Virus record (IMG/VR): IMGVR_UViG_2872164251_000001
Reading direction: 5' to 3' (one strand)
DNA: 46,293 bases
Source: a virus
Taxonomy: Duplodnaviria; Heunggongvirae; Uroviricota; Caudoviricetes
Within the stretch, counting starts at the first letter, position 1. Each line of letters opens with the position of its first letter. Under the pieces are notes generated by a model, which saw only the letters and a list, made by a program, of their open reading frames with translations, searched no databases and was not told the origin of the DNA. Of the stretch, positions 20,981-30,978 are shown piece by piece. A program made the translations under genes and the position numbers.

Positions 20981-21778
20981 ATGAATAATCTGATGGTCAT
21001 TGATGGTATTGAAGTTCGTCGTGATGCTTATGGGCGTTACAGCCTGAACGATCTGCACAGGGCTGCCGGTTCTCAGGATAAGCATAAGCCTGCATTCTGG
21101 CTCCGCAATGAGCAAACCGAACGTTTAATAAGCGAGTTGCAGATTTGCAACTCGGTCAATATAGAGCCAGTTAACGTTAGTCGTGGCGGAAATAACCAGG
21201 GGACGTATGTCTGCAAAGAACTGGTGTATGCCTATGCAATGTGGATCAGCCCGTCATTCCATCTGAAGGTGATCCGTACTTTCGATATGGTAACCAGCGC
21301 ACCGGAAAAATTATCCGGGCAGGCTGCTGACAAGATGCAGGCTGGCGTGATTCTGCTGGACTTTATGCGGCGGGAGTTAAACCTGTCTAACTCATCTGTG
21401 CTTGGGGCCTGTCAGAAACTCCAGGAGGCTGTTGGCTTACCGAATCTGGCACCACGCTATGCCATTGATGCTCCTGCTGACGCGCCTGATGGCTCAAGTC
21501 GCCCTACGCTGTCGCTGAGTGCACTGCTGAAACAGTATGGTATCCGCCTGACAGCTAATCAGGCATATCACCAGATGGCGAAGCTGGGGATCGTTGAACA
21601 ACGCGAACGATACAGCCGTACCGCGATTAACAACATCAAAAAATTCTGGTCGCTGACGGCGAAAGGCTGCATGTTCGGCAAGAACATTACCAGTCCTGCA
21701 AATCCGCGCGAGACGCAGCCGCATTTCTTCGAATCCCGATTCCCTGAGCTGTTAAAGCTGCTCGATACCGTTCATTGA
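20981..21778 (+). CDS. KilA-N domain antirepressor-like protein
   Basis: MVIDGIEVRRDAYGRYSLNDLH...GTYVCKELVYAYAMWISPSFHLKVIRTF. Confidence 0.7.
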   Translation: MNNLMVIDGIEVRRDAYGRYSLNDLHRAAGSQDKHKPAFWLRNEQTERLISELQICNSVNIEPVNVSRGGNNQGTYVCKELVYAYAMWISPSFHLKVIRTFDMVTSAPEKLSGQAADKMQAGVILLDFMRRELNLSNSSVLGACQKLQEAVGLPNLAPRYAIDAPADAPDGSSRPTLSLSALLKQYGIRLTANQAYHQMAKLGIVEQRERYSRTAINNIKKFWSLTAKGCMFGKNITSPANPRETQPHFFESRFPELLKLLDTVH

Positions 21779-21779
21779 G

Positions 21780-22775
21780 GTGACCGTGAGAGCACTACTG
21801 ACCCCTGAAATTGCCCCGCGTATGGGGATCGTATTGTTCAGACCAGGTTCAGAGCTGATGCCCCTGTTTATGCAGGGGCGTGTACTGCTGGAGCCTGAGC
21901 CGGAACGTTATTCATCTTTCGCCAGTGGTGCCGTTCCCGCGGCATCACAACCGCTGGCGGATGATCCTGCTGTTCGGGCCGTGTTCCGCAATGAGGCAGT
22001 GATCCGTCGTGCTGGTGGCGTGGAATGTCTTGAAAGCTGGCTACTTCGTGAAAAAGGCTGCCAGTGGCCTCATTCCGACTGGCACAGCGAGAACATGACC
22101 ACAATGCGACACGCTCCGGGCGCAATCCGTCTGTGCTGGCACTGTGATAACCAGCTGCGCGATCAGTTCACGGAACGGCTGGAATCAATGGCAACGGATA
22201 ACTGTGCCCGCTGGGTGTTGTCTGTTGTGCGTCGGGATCTCGGTTTTGATGATAGTCACGTTGTGACAATGCCGGAACTGTGCTGGTGGCTGATTCGTAA
22301 TGACCTGGCGGATGCCTTACCGGAAAGTGCAGCCCGTAAGGCACTGAGATTACCAAAGCCTGTTGTGCCGTCTGTCACCCGGGAAAGTGACCTTGTGCCT
22401 TCGGTTCCTGCCACCAGCATCATCCAAGATAAGGCAAAAAAGGTGCTGGCGCTGAAAGTGGATCCGGAGTCGCCGGAGTCTTTTATGTTACGCCCAAAAC
22501 GTCGCCGCTGGGTTAATGAGAAGTACACGCGCTGGGTTAAGACACAGCCGTGTGCATGTTGTGGAAAGCCCGCTGATGATCCCCACCACCTGATAGGCCA
22601 CGGTCAGGGGGGAATGGGTACAAAAGCGCATGACCTCTTTGTGTTGCCTTTGTGCAGAAAGCATCACGACGAGCTGCATGCGGATACCGTGGCATTTGAA
22701 GAGAAGTATGGCTCCCAGCTGGAGCTGATATTTCGTTTTATCGATCGTGCGCTGGCAATTGGCGTGCTGGCCTGA
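21780..22775 (+). CDS. DUF968-like nin-region protein with C-terminal HNH-like Cys/His motif
   Basis: C-terminal CACCGKPADDPHHL...LPLCRKHHDELH. Confidence 0.5.
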   Translation: MTVRALLTPEIAPRMGIVLFRPGSELMPLFMQGRVLLEPEPERYSSFASGAVPAASQPLADDPAVRAVFRNEAVIRRAGGVECLESWLLREKGCQWPHSDWHSENMTTMRHAPGAIRLCWHCDNQLRDQFTERLESMATDNCARWVLSVVRRDLGFDDSHVVTMPELCWWLIRNDLADALPESAARKALRLPKPVVPSVTRESDLVPSVPATSIIQDKAKKVLALKVDPESPESFMLRPKRRRWVNEKYTRWVKTQPCACCGKPADDPHHLIGHGQGGMGTKAHDLFVLPLCRKHHDELHADTVAFEEKYGSQLELIFRFIDRALAIGVLA

Positions 22776-22789
22776 TTTGGTGGAGAAAG

Positions 22790-23158
22790 TTGATGCGTGA
22801 TATTCAGATGGTTCTTGAGCGTTGGGGAGCATGGGCGGCGAGTGATAGTTCAGGCGTTGACTATTCACCTATAGCTGCTGGGTTTAAGGGACTTCTTCCC
22901 TATACCAGCAAGAAACGCTTGGCTTGTTCGGATAGTGATGCATTAATTATTGAAGGTTGTCTTGCTCGTCTAAAGCAAAAAAGACCTTATGAGCATTCGC
23001 TTCTTGTGGCACATTATTTATACAGAATATCCAAGCGTAAGATTGCAAAGGCGCGTGGAAAGGATGAGAAATTGATACGTATAGAAATACAGCTAGCCGA
23101 AGGATTTATTGATGGCTGCCTTTCCATGCTAGATCTAACATTAGATTTGGACGTTTAA
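22790..23158 (+). CDS. Late antiterminator Q (QuuD/phi82-like small Q)
   Basis: MRDIQMVLERWGAWAA... N-terminus as in DLP12 QuuD from memory. Confidence 0.7.
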   Translation: MMRDIQMVLERWGAWAASDSSGVDYSPIAAGFKGLLPYTSKKRLACSDSDALIIEGCLARLKQKRPYEHSLLVAHYLYRISKRKIAKARGKDEKLIRIEIQLAEGFIDGCLSMLDLTLDLDV

Positions 23159-23186
23159 TAATACGCCCCATGCAGGGGCGTATTAT
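23159..23186. terminator. Bidirectional hairpin between Q and the antisense KAP NTPase gene
   Basis: ATACGCCCC atgca GGGGCGTAT palindrome. Confidence 0.5.
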
Positions 23187-24518
23187 TTACTGGATGAATG
23201 ACATTTGATTAATATATTTTATCAATAACTCTCTGGGTGTAGTACTCCAAAAATTTAGGTGTTCATAATCAGTATAAACAGTGGTGAATTTTTTAAGTTC
23301 TTCATCACTTTTAGGGGCAAATCGCTCATTAAGAGTAATACTGTCTTTAATTATTCCGAAGAATACAATAGATATTTCAGGAATTTGCGATCTTCTCTCA
23401 TAAGAATAAGGTATTTCTTTTATGTTAAGCAGATCTGCTAAATGAGATATAGATTCTGCGGTAATTTCTTGTTTTAGTTTTTCCTTGTCACCAAAGCAAT
23501 GTATGAAGACAGCTACGACAAAGATCTTATTTATTAAAGGATCACTGCTTTTGTACTCATCGTCGTTTAATAGTTGAAAAATGTTAAGATTGCGTGAAAA
23601 AGTTTGTGTTTCACGTAAGGATAAGTTGGTTCGTTGAATTAAATCACGGATAAATCTACCAGATAACCTATTAATTTCATTTAATGATTTTGTCTTGTCT
23701 ACAAGGTAATTCCAATATATAACAGATGTTTTACATACGACGTGACCATTTATTAAACATGTGTCTGGAAGCGTGATGGTATATTTTATAAACTTGTCAA
23801 GATACTTTTGTGAGTTAATACTATAACCATAAATATGATTTATCGATGCTTTTAATTGTTCTGTGTTTGTAACTAAAATAAAAAAGACATTATTGATGTC
23901 AAAAATGTGTTTTATTGTTTCAATGACATTTGTTGAAAAACTCGGCTTACATCGGTCTAATTCATCAATTATAATTACTATCTTTTGACTTTCTGAAATG
24001 CTTTCGATGCAAGATTTAAGTGAATTTATGTTTTTCTCTGATTCCATATGGTCTTCAAGCAAATTTTCAATAGTCCCATCTATTGCTGCATTGCTTGCTT
24101 TCTTCATCGCATCTTGGAATTCTTCGGAAACTTCACTAGCCTCCTGTCGTAAAAACCAACCTGCACCAGCTTTTAGTACCGTTTTTAAACCAAAGCGAAT
24201 TGCAGGAAGAGATCTCTTAATGAAGTGTTGTTTTTCTTCCTCAGGTAAAATGCTGGCAATTGCAGAGGTTATGAGAAGTAATGGAGATTCTGCATGATCC
24301 CCTTTAAAGGCATCAATATAAACAACTTTAGATTCAGTTTCTTGCTCAATAATGAGATTTTTCAGTTTGATACTAAATTCTGTTTTCCCTGTTCCCCATG
24401 CGCCGTCTATTACCAGTGGTGAAATGTCTGCCTCTGGTTTTAGCAACTTGATGATATTTTCAGCGATGTTTCTGCGTTGGAACTCGTCACGTTCAGTGAA
24501 AGATAGTGTATCTAACAT
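23187..24518 (-). CDS. KAP-family P-loop NTPase (PifA-like), AT-rich moron
   Basis: Walker A GAWGTGKT, Walker B IIIDELDRC; 443 aa; much lower GC than flanks by eye; opposite strand to late operon. Confidence 0.75.
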   Translation of the reverse strand: MLDTLSFTERDEFQRRNIAENIIKLLKPEADISPLVIDGAWGTGKTEFSIKLKNLIIEQETESKVVYIDAFKGDHAESPLLLITSAIASILPEEEKQHFIKRSLPAIRFGLKTVLKAGAGWFLRQEASEVSEEFQDAMKKASNAAIDGTIENLLEDHMESEKNINSLKSCIESISESQKIVIIIDELDRCKPSFSTNVIETIKHIFDINNVFFILVTNTEQLKASINHIYGYSINSQKYLDKFIKYTITLPDTCLINGHVVCKTSVIYWNYLVDKTKSLNEINRLSGRFIRDLIQRTNLSLRETQTFSRNLNIFQLLNDDEYKSSDPLINKIFVVAVFIHCFGDKEKLKQEITAESISHLADLLNIKEIPYSYERRSQIPEISIVFFGIIKDSITLNERFAPKSDEELKKFTTVYTDYEHLNFWSTTPRELLIKYINQMSFIQ

Positions 24519-24580
24519 AATATAAACCTATTAACTCCTACAGTAAAAAACGAATAATACGACTTTGGGATTAAAAATCA

Positions 24581-24609
24581 TTAACGCGGTCCGCAAAAAT
24601 TCTTGTAAT
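24581..24609 (+). promoter_or_regulatory. Putative PR'-type late promoter for the lysis/structural operon
   Basis: TTAACG-17 bp-TGTAAT, followed about 35 bp later by a terminator hairpin. Confidence 0.4.
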
Positions 24610-24644
24610 CTGTTAAGAGTGGTTACTTCGCCACACAGCTTAAA

Positions 24645-24672
24645 CCCGCCGTCGAGCGGGTTTTGTCGTTTT
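24645..24672 (+). terminator. Putative tR' terminator (Q antitermination target)
   Basis: CCCGC cgtcga GCGGG followed by TTTTGTCGTTTTT. Confidence 0.5.
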
Positions 24673-24814
24673 TGTTGCTGGGGATTCGTTGGGCCTGGCC
24701 TATCCCGCAGTTATCCATTGGTTCGGCTCTTTGACGTTTCCGCTTCTGATTTGCGGTACATGATGTTCCCTCAATTTGCACCTGCTGTATCAGCGAGGTG
24801 AGAGATAACTACAA

Positions 24815-25141
24815 ATGCCTCATAACCCAAATACCTGGTTGGAGTTGGTCCAGAGCTGGTGGCGTGGAGACACACCGCTGGGCGCAGTGATTATGTCGAT
24901 TGTTATGGCTGGCTTGCGCATTGCATATTTTGGCGGTGGTGGGGGCTGGAAACGAAAAACGCTCGAGATTTTGCTCTGTGGTGCTCTGACGCTGACTTTT
25001 GCATCCGCTCTTGAGTATGTCGGATGGCCTAAATCTCTTTCTGTTGCCATTGGTGGCGGCGTTGGGCTAATCGGGGTCGATGCTATTCGTGGGGCTGCAA
25101 TGAGAGTAATCGGTAATAAGTTTGGTGGCTCTAAGGAGTAA
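24815..25141 (+). CDS. Putative holin (three predicted TM segments)
   Basis: Small hydrophobic protein immediately upstream of endolysin. Confidence 0.55.
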   Translation: MPHNPNTWLELVQSWWRGDTPLGAVIMSIVMAGLRIAYFGGGGGWKRKTLEILLCGALTLTFASALEYVGWPKSLSVAIGGGVGLIGVDAIRGAAMRVIGNKFGGSKE

Positions 25142-25144
25142 TTT

Positions 25145-25621
25145 ATGCAGGTACTAAATTCCCAGCGTAAAGCTTTCCTCGATATGGTGGCATGGTCAGA
25201 AGGAACGGATAACGGGCGACAACCGACACGTAATCACGGTTATGATGTTATTGTTGGCGGCGAACTGTTTACTGATTACTCTGATCACCCTCGCAAACTT
25301 GTCACGCTAAACCCCAAACTCAAATCAACAGCCGCCGGACGTTATCAGCTTCTTTCACGCTGGTGGGATGCCTACCGTAAGCAGCTTGCTCTGAAAGACT
25401 TCTCCCCCAAAAGCCAGGATGCTGTGGCACTGCAACAGATTAAAGAGCGTGGCGCTTTACCGATGATTGATCGCGGTGATATTCGTCAGGCTATCGACCG
25501 TTGCAGCAATATCTGGGCGTCGTTACCCGGTGCAGGTTATGGTCAGTATGAACATAAAATCGGTGATTTGATTGCCCGGTTTAAAGAGGCTGGTGGGGTG
25601 GTAAATGAAGCTGAGCTATAA
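25145..25621 (+). CDS. Endolysin (lambda R-like lytic transglycosylase), second copy
   Basis: About 90 percent identical by eye to the 8002-8478 R protein. Confidence 0.9.
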   Translation: MQVLNSQRKAFLDMVAWSEGTDNGRQPTRNHGYDVIVGGELFTDYSDHPRKLVTLNPKLKSTAAGRYQLLSRWWDAYRKQLALKDFSPKSQDAVALQQIKERGALPMIDRGDIRQAIDRCSNIWASLPGAGYGQYEHKIGDLIARFKEAGGVVNEAEL

Positions 25622-25997
25622 GCTGCTTATCGTTGGTTTCTTCGTTACTGTCATTGGTTCTTTCATCTGGTCGGCCAACCACTACTACAGCAAATATCAG
25701 TACGAAAAGAAACGTGCTGATGAGGCTGTACGAAATGCTGAATCAGCAACTGCCATTACCAATAACGTCCTGCAATCACTACAAATCGTCAATACAGTTC
25801 TGGAGGCTAACCAGCATGCAAAACAGCAGATCGCACTGGAGTCACAGAGAGCCCGGGAAGATATCAAAGTGGCTGTTGCGGATGATGATTGTGCTTCACG
25901 CCCTGTGCCTGATGTCGCTGCTGACCGGTTGCGGAAGTACGCGGACAGTATACGTGCAGGTTCCAACGATGCCGTTACCGACGAACCTGCTCGCTGA
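25605..25997 (+). CDS. Rz-like i-spanin
   Basis: N-terminal TM then coiled-coil-like segment, overlaps endolysin end. Confidence 0.7.
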   Translation: MKLSYKLLIVGFFVTVIGSFIWSANHYYSKYQYEKKRADEAVRNAESATAITNNVLQSLQIVNTVLEANQHAKQQIALESQRAREDIKVAVADDDCASRPVPDVAADRLRKYADSIRAGSNDAVTDEPAR

Positions 25998-26160
25998 AAC
26001 TCCACAGCCAGTTATACCCAATCCTCTGACTTATGGGGATAGTCTTAGTTTGAATGTAAGTCTGCTATCAGCACTGGGGCTATGTAACCGTGATAAGTCT
26101 GATCTTCGTAGGTTAGGAGAGCAAAAGTACAATCTGCATTTGAATAATAATATTCATTAG
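25882..26160 (+). CDS. Rz1-like o-spanin lipoprotein (overlapping architecture)
   Basis: MMIVLHALCLMSLLTGC lipobox, Pro-rich; starts inside Rz and extends past it. Confidence 0.5.
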   Translation: MMIVLHALCLMSLLTGCGSTRTVYVQVPTMPLPTNLLAETPQPVIPNPLTYGDSLSLNVSLLSALGLCNRDKSDLRRLGEQKYNLHLNNNIH

Positions 26161-26237
26161 GTGAAATATTATTATTTGACTGTTCTAGTTATTATGCATT
26201 TAGTTACAATACTCTCACTATTAACAGTGAGGTAAAA

Positions 26238-26792
26238 ATGAACGAAAATTATATTGCATATGAGACACTTGTAGCAAACCGTGCTGCTGCTGAGTGGGCT
26301 TGTTGGGCAATGATTGCATCTTGGGTGAGTGCTGGAGCTACTATTGTTACTTTGGTTTTGGCGTTCAAGGCATTGTTTACGTGGCGGGAACAAGAGAAAA
26401 CAAAAGTAAAAATAGATTTTAGGAATGCATTAAAGAAATTAAAGACAGCTCTATTATTTATGCCTGTCAATATTGACCCCGAGAAACTCAATGATGAACG
26501 AGAGCAAGTTATTGCGAAATGGCTATTTAAAGATGTAGATCTTATTAGTCAGCAAATTGAGTTGGGAGAAGAGAATGTTAAAAGATTTGATGAACTTTTG
26601 AGTATTTTCGATTGTTGCCAGTCTTCATGGTTTGCGACAGAGCACTTATTTGATAATACTGAGTTAGAAAAAGTTTGGCATGAGTTCGAGTCTAACTTTA
26701 ATAAATATATAAATGGTGGTGAGAGTAAGGATTTACTTATGAAAATGCTTGATAAGCTCATCTCTTCTAGATTTGTATTTGAGTCAAGATAA
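26238..26792 (+). CDS. Hypothetical membrane-anchored protein, AT-rich moron
   Basis: N-terminal TM WACWAMIASWVSAGATIVTLVLAF, GAGG RBS, imperfect palindrome CACTATTAACAGTG upstream. Confidence 0.55.
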   Translation: MNENYIAYETLVANRAAAEWACWAMIASWVSAGATIVTLVLAFKALFTWREQEKTKVKIDFRNALKKLKTALLFMPVNIDPEKLNDEREQVIAKWLFKDVDLISQQIELGEENVKRFDELLSIFDCCQSSWFATEHLFDNTELEKVWHEFESNFNKYINGGESKDLLMKMLDKLISSRFVFESR

Positions 26793-26842
26793 TTGCCTTT
26801 GAGTATTTTTCTTTATTATTTTACTTATTATAAATTTTTTAT

Positions 26843-27193
26843 ATGCCCCCTAGAATCCCAAAAGCCTGCCGTGTTCGCGGCTGCCGCTCTACAACCACGG
26901 ACCCGTCAGGCTACTGCGAAAGCCATAAAAGCGAAGGCTGGAAGCAATACAAGCCAGGACAATCTCGTCATCAGCGCGGTTATGGTTCGAAGTGGGATGT
27001 TATCCGCGTGCGTGTCCTGAAGCGTGACAAAGGCCTGTGTCAGCTATGTCTGCGTGCTGGTGTGGTGCGTGAGGCGAAAACTGTTGACCACATCATCCCT
27101 AAAGCGCATGGCGGCACAGATGCCGACAGCAATCTGCAGAGCCTGTGCTGGCCGTGCCATAAGGAGAAGACGGCCCGTGAACGGCTAAAGTGA
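26843..27193 (+). CDS. HNH endonuclease (terminase-associated)
   Basis: CxxC...DHIIPKAHGG...CWPCH motif, upstream of terminase. Confidence 0.8.
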   Translation: MPPRIPKACRVRGCRSTTTDPSGYCESHKSEGWKQYKPGQSRHQRGYGSKWDVIRVRVLKRDKGLCQLCLRAGVVREAKTVDHIIPKAHGGTDADSNLQSLCWPCHKEKTARERLK

Positions 27194-27309
27194 TCATAAT
27201 TCTCAACTGTCTGAGGGGAGGGGCGGGTCAAATCTCTGTGACCTGACGTCTTCCGGACTGCCCGCCCCATCGTTTTTTTATACCCGCGAAAAATGAAATT
27301 TAACCAGGA

Positions 27310-27813
27310 GTGCCGCATATGGCTGGAACGGCGGGGCGTTCCGGGCGTCGCCCTAAGCCAACGGCGCGCAAGGCGCTGGCCGGAAACCCCGGCAAGCGAG
27401 CCCTGAACAAAGATGAACCTGTTTTTACGCCCATCAAAGGTGTTGAGCCACCGGAGTGGTTCGCTGAAGAAGAGCTTCCTCTCGCCACGATCATGTGGCA
27501 ACTGACAACCAAAGAACTCTGCGGTCAGGGCCTGCTGTGCGTGACTGACCTTGCGGTGCTTGAGCGGTGGTGTGTGGCCTATGAGTTCTGGCGGCGTGCC
27601 GTGAAAAATATTGCCAGACAGGGCAACACCATCACCGGTGCAATGGGCGGTATGGTCAAAAATCCGGAGCTGACCGCCAAAAAAGAACAGGAGTCCGAGA
27701 TGAGCAGCACGGGGGCAATGCTCGGACTCGACCCCAGTAGCCGCCAGCGTCTGATTGGCCTGGCGGGGCAGAAGAAAGCCACTAACCCGTTTCTGAAAAT
27801 CATCGAGTCATGA
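27310..27813 (+). CDS. Terminase small subunit (P27 family)
   Basis: [22 protein letters not shown]-terminus. Confidence 0.75.
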   Translation: MPHMAGTAGRSGRRPKPTARKALAGNPGKRALNKDEPVFTPIKGVEPPEWFAEEELPLATIMWQLTTKELCGQGLLCVTDLAVLERWCVAYEFWRRAVKNIARQGNTITGAMGGMVKNPELTAKKEQESEMSSTGAMLGLDPSSRQRLIGLAGQKKATNPFLKIIES

Positions 27814-29543
27814 GCCGGAAATCTTACCCCAACGTAAATGCTGCCAATCAGTATGCCCGTGATGTCGTGCGCGGAAAGATTGTGGCCTGCCAGTTTGTGA
27901 TTCAGGCCTGCCAGCGCCATCTTGATGACCTGATGGCGGAAAAAAGTAAGTCGTTTCGTTACCGCTTCGACAAGGAGCTGGCTGAACGGGCCGCGAAATT
28001 TATTCAGCTGTTGCCACACACCAAGGGGGAGTGGGCATTCAAGAGGATGCCCATCACGCTGGAGCCGTGGCAGCTCTTTGTGATCTGCTGTGCGTTTGGC
28101 TGGGTCAATAAAGGGTCCCGGCTGCGCCGCTTCCGGGAGGTGTATACCGAAATCCCCCGTAAGAACGGCAAATCGGCAATCTCTGCCGGTGTTGCCCTGT
28201 ATTGTTTTGCCTGTGATAACGAGTTTGGCGCGGAAGTGTATTCCGGTGCCACGACAGAGAAACAGACGTGGGAAGTCTTTCGCCCGGCGCGACTGATGTG
28301 TAAACGCACACCCATGCTGACGGAAGCGTTCGGGATTGAGGTTAACGCCTCAAACATGAACCGTCCGGAGGATGGGGCGCGGTTTGAACCGCTGATTGGT
28401 AACCCCGGTGATGGTTCATCACCCCACTGTGCGGTGGTGGATGAATATCACGAGCACGCCACAGATGCGCTTTACACCACGATGCTTACCGGGATGGGGG
28501 CGCGACGTCAGCCACTGATGTGGGCTATCACTACCGCCGGGTACAACATTGAGGGGCCGTGCTACGACAAACGGCGGGAAGTCATCGAGATGCTCAACGG
28601 TTCGGTACCCAACGATGAACTGTTCGGGATTATCTATACCGTTGATGAAGGTGACGACTGGACCGACCCGCAGGTGCTGGAAAAAGCCAATCCAAATATT
28701 GGCGTGTCGGTTTATCGCGAATTTTTGTTAAGTCAGCAGCAGCGTGCGAAAAATAACGCCCGTCTGGCAAACGTCTTTAAAACAAAACACCTCAATATCT
28801 GGGTGTCGGCGCGTTCGGCGTATTTCAACCTGGTGAGCTGGCAGAGCTGCGAGGATAAATCACTGACCCTTGAGCAGTTCGAGGGGCAGCCGTGCATTCT
28901 GGCCTTTGACCTGGCGCGTAAGCTGGATATGAACAGCATGGCGCGACTTTATACCCGCGAGATTGACGGTAAAACGCATTACTACAGTGTGGCCCCGCGT
29001 TTCTGGGTACCGTATGACACGGTGTACAGCGTCGAGAAAAATGAAGATCGACGGACAGCCGAACGCTTTCAGAAATGGGTGGAAATGGGCGTTCTGACCG
29101 TTACCGATGGTGCGGAGGTGGATTATCGCTACATCCTCGAGGAGGCCAAAGCGGCGAACAAAATCAGTCCGGTCAGTGAGTCACCCATCGACCCCTTCGG
29201 GGCGACCGGGTTGTCACATGACCTTGCTGATGAAGACCTGAACCCCATCACTATCATTCAGAACTACACCAACATGTCCGACCCGATGAAAGAGCTGGAA
29301 GCGGCAATTGAATCGGGGCGCTTTCATCATGATGGCAATCCCATCATGACCTAGTGTATCGGCAACGTGGTCGGCAAAACCATTCCGGGTAACGATGATG
29401 TGGTGAAGCCCGTCAAAGAGCAGGCGGAAAACAAAATTGACGGTGCAGTTGCGCTGATTATGGCGGTTGGCAGAGCCATGCTGTACGAGAAAGAAGACAC
29501 GCTGTCTGACCACATTGAGTCCTATGGGATCCGCTCGCTTTAA
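27810..29543 (+). pseudogene. Terminase large subunit with in-frame amber codon at 29352-29354
   Basis: ORF ends ...GNPIMT-TAG then the same frame continues CIGNVVGK...[22 protein letters not shown]... for 62 codons to TAA at 29541. Confidence 0.7.
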
Positions 29544-29554
29544 CTGAGGTAATT

Positions 29555-29737
29555 ATGATCATGCTGATTCTCGCGCCTCTGGTGGGCGTGCTGGGGGCGC
29601 TTTTGCTGGCGTATGGTGCCTGGCTGATTTATCCCCCGGCGGGGTTTGTTGTTGCCGGGGCGTTGTGCCTGTTCTGGTCGTGGCTGGTGGCGCGATATCT
29701 CGACCGTACACAGTCGTCTGTCGGCGGAGGTAAATAG
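29555..29737 (+). CDS. Small hydrophobic protein
   Basis: 60-aa ORF with TM-like segment between terminase and portal. Confidence 0.35.
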
Positions 29738-30978
29738 TGTTCTTTTCGGGATTATTTCAACGAAAAAGTGACGCACCGGTGACCACGCCAGCAGAGCTGG
29801 CGGATGATATCGGGTTGTCCTACGACACCTATACCGGAAAGCAGATCAGCAGCCAGCGGGCCATGCGACTGACGGCGGTTTTTTCCTGTGTCAGGGTGCT
29901 GGCGGAGTCGGTCGGGATGTTGCCCTGCAACCTGTATCACCTGAACGGCAGCCTGAAGCAGAGAGCCACTGGCGAACGTCTGCATAAGCTGATCTCCACG
30001 CATCCCAATGGCTATATGACGCCGCAGGAGTTCTGGGAGCTGGTGGTCACCTGTCTGTGCCTGCGGGGAAACTTTTACGCCTACAAAGTGAAAGCATTTG
30101 GCGAAGTGGCTGAACTGCTGCCCGTCGATCCCAGCTGTGTGGTACCGAAGCTTAACAGTAGCTGGGAGCCGGTCTATCAGGTCACATTCCCGGATGGCTC
30201 CGCGGATGTACTGAGCCAGGAGGATATCTGGCATGTGCGCACGCTGACGCTGGACGGACTGGTGGGGCTGAATCCCATCGCCTATGCCCGCGAGGCAATA
30301 TCGCTGGCGGCAGCGACCGAAGAGCACGGGGCCAGACTGTTCAGCAATGGCGCGGTGACGTCGGGTGTGTTGCGTACAGAGCAGACGCTGTCAGATCAGG
30401 CTTACGAGCGCCTGAAGAAAGATTTTGAGGAGCGTCACACCGGGCTTGGCAATGCTCACCGCCCGATGATCCTTGAGATGGGGCTGGACTGGAAGTCGAT
30501 GGCGCTGAACGCCGAGGACAGCCAGTTCCTGGAAACCCGCAAGTTTCAGCTTGAAGAAATCTGTCGTCTGTTCCGGGTGCCGTTGCACATGGTGCAGAAC
30601 ACCGATCGCGCCACTTTCAACAATATTGAAGAGCTGGGGCTGGGATTTATCAACTATTCACTGGTGCCGTATCTGACCCGCATCGAACAGCGGATCAACA
30701 CCGGACTGGTACGAAAAAGTAAGCAGGGCGTTTATTACGCCAAATTTAACGCCGGGGCGTTACTGCGCGGGGATATGAAGTCCCGTTTTGAAGCCTACGC
30801 CACCGGGATTAACTGGGGAATTTACTCTCCCAATGACTGCCGCGACCTGGAAGATATGAATCCGCGTCCCGGTGGTGATGTCTATCTCACACCGATGAAC
30901 ATGACCACGAAACCCTCCGATGGCAGTAAAGCCGGTAAGCAGAAGGATAACGCCAATGCAGACGAAACAACGTCTTGA
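29737..30978 (+). CDS. Portal protein (HK97 family)
   Basis: 413 aa, position after terminase, portal-like sequence. Confidence 0.8.
   Translation: MFFSGLFQRKSDAPVTTPAELADDIGLSYDTYTGKQISSQRAMRLTAVFSCVRVLAESVGMLPCNLYHLNGSLKQRATGERLHKLISTHPNGYMTPQEFWELVVTCLCLRGNFYAYKVKAFGEVAELLPVDPSCVVPKLNSSWEPVYQVTFPDGSADVLSQEDIWHVRTLTLDGLVGLNPIAYAREAISLAAATEEHGARLFSNGAVTSGVLRTEQTLSDQAYERLKKDFEERHTGLGNAHRPMILEMGLDWKSMALNAEDSQFLETRKFQLEEICRLFRVPLHMVQNTDRATFNNIEELGLGFINYSLVPYLTRIEQRINTGLVRKSKQGVYYAKFNAGALLRGDMKSRFEAYATGINWGIYSPNDCRDLEDMNPRPGGDVYLTPMNMTTKPSDGSKAGKQKDNANADETTS

Noticed and set aside
25633-26160. 175-aa ORF overlapping Rz
   Set aside because: Only the C-terminal 92 codons starting at the lipobox-bearing MMIVLHALCLMSLLTGC are plausible as an o-spanin; the upstream part is the alternative frame of Rz
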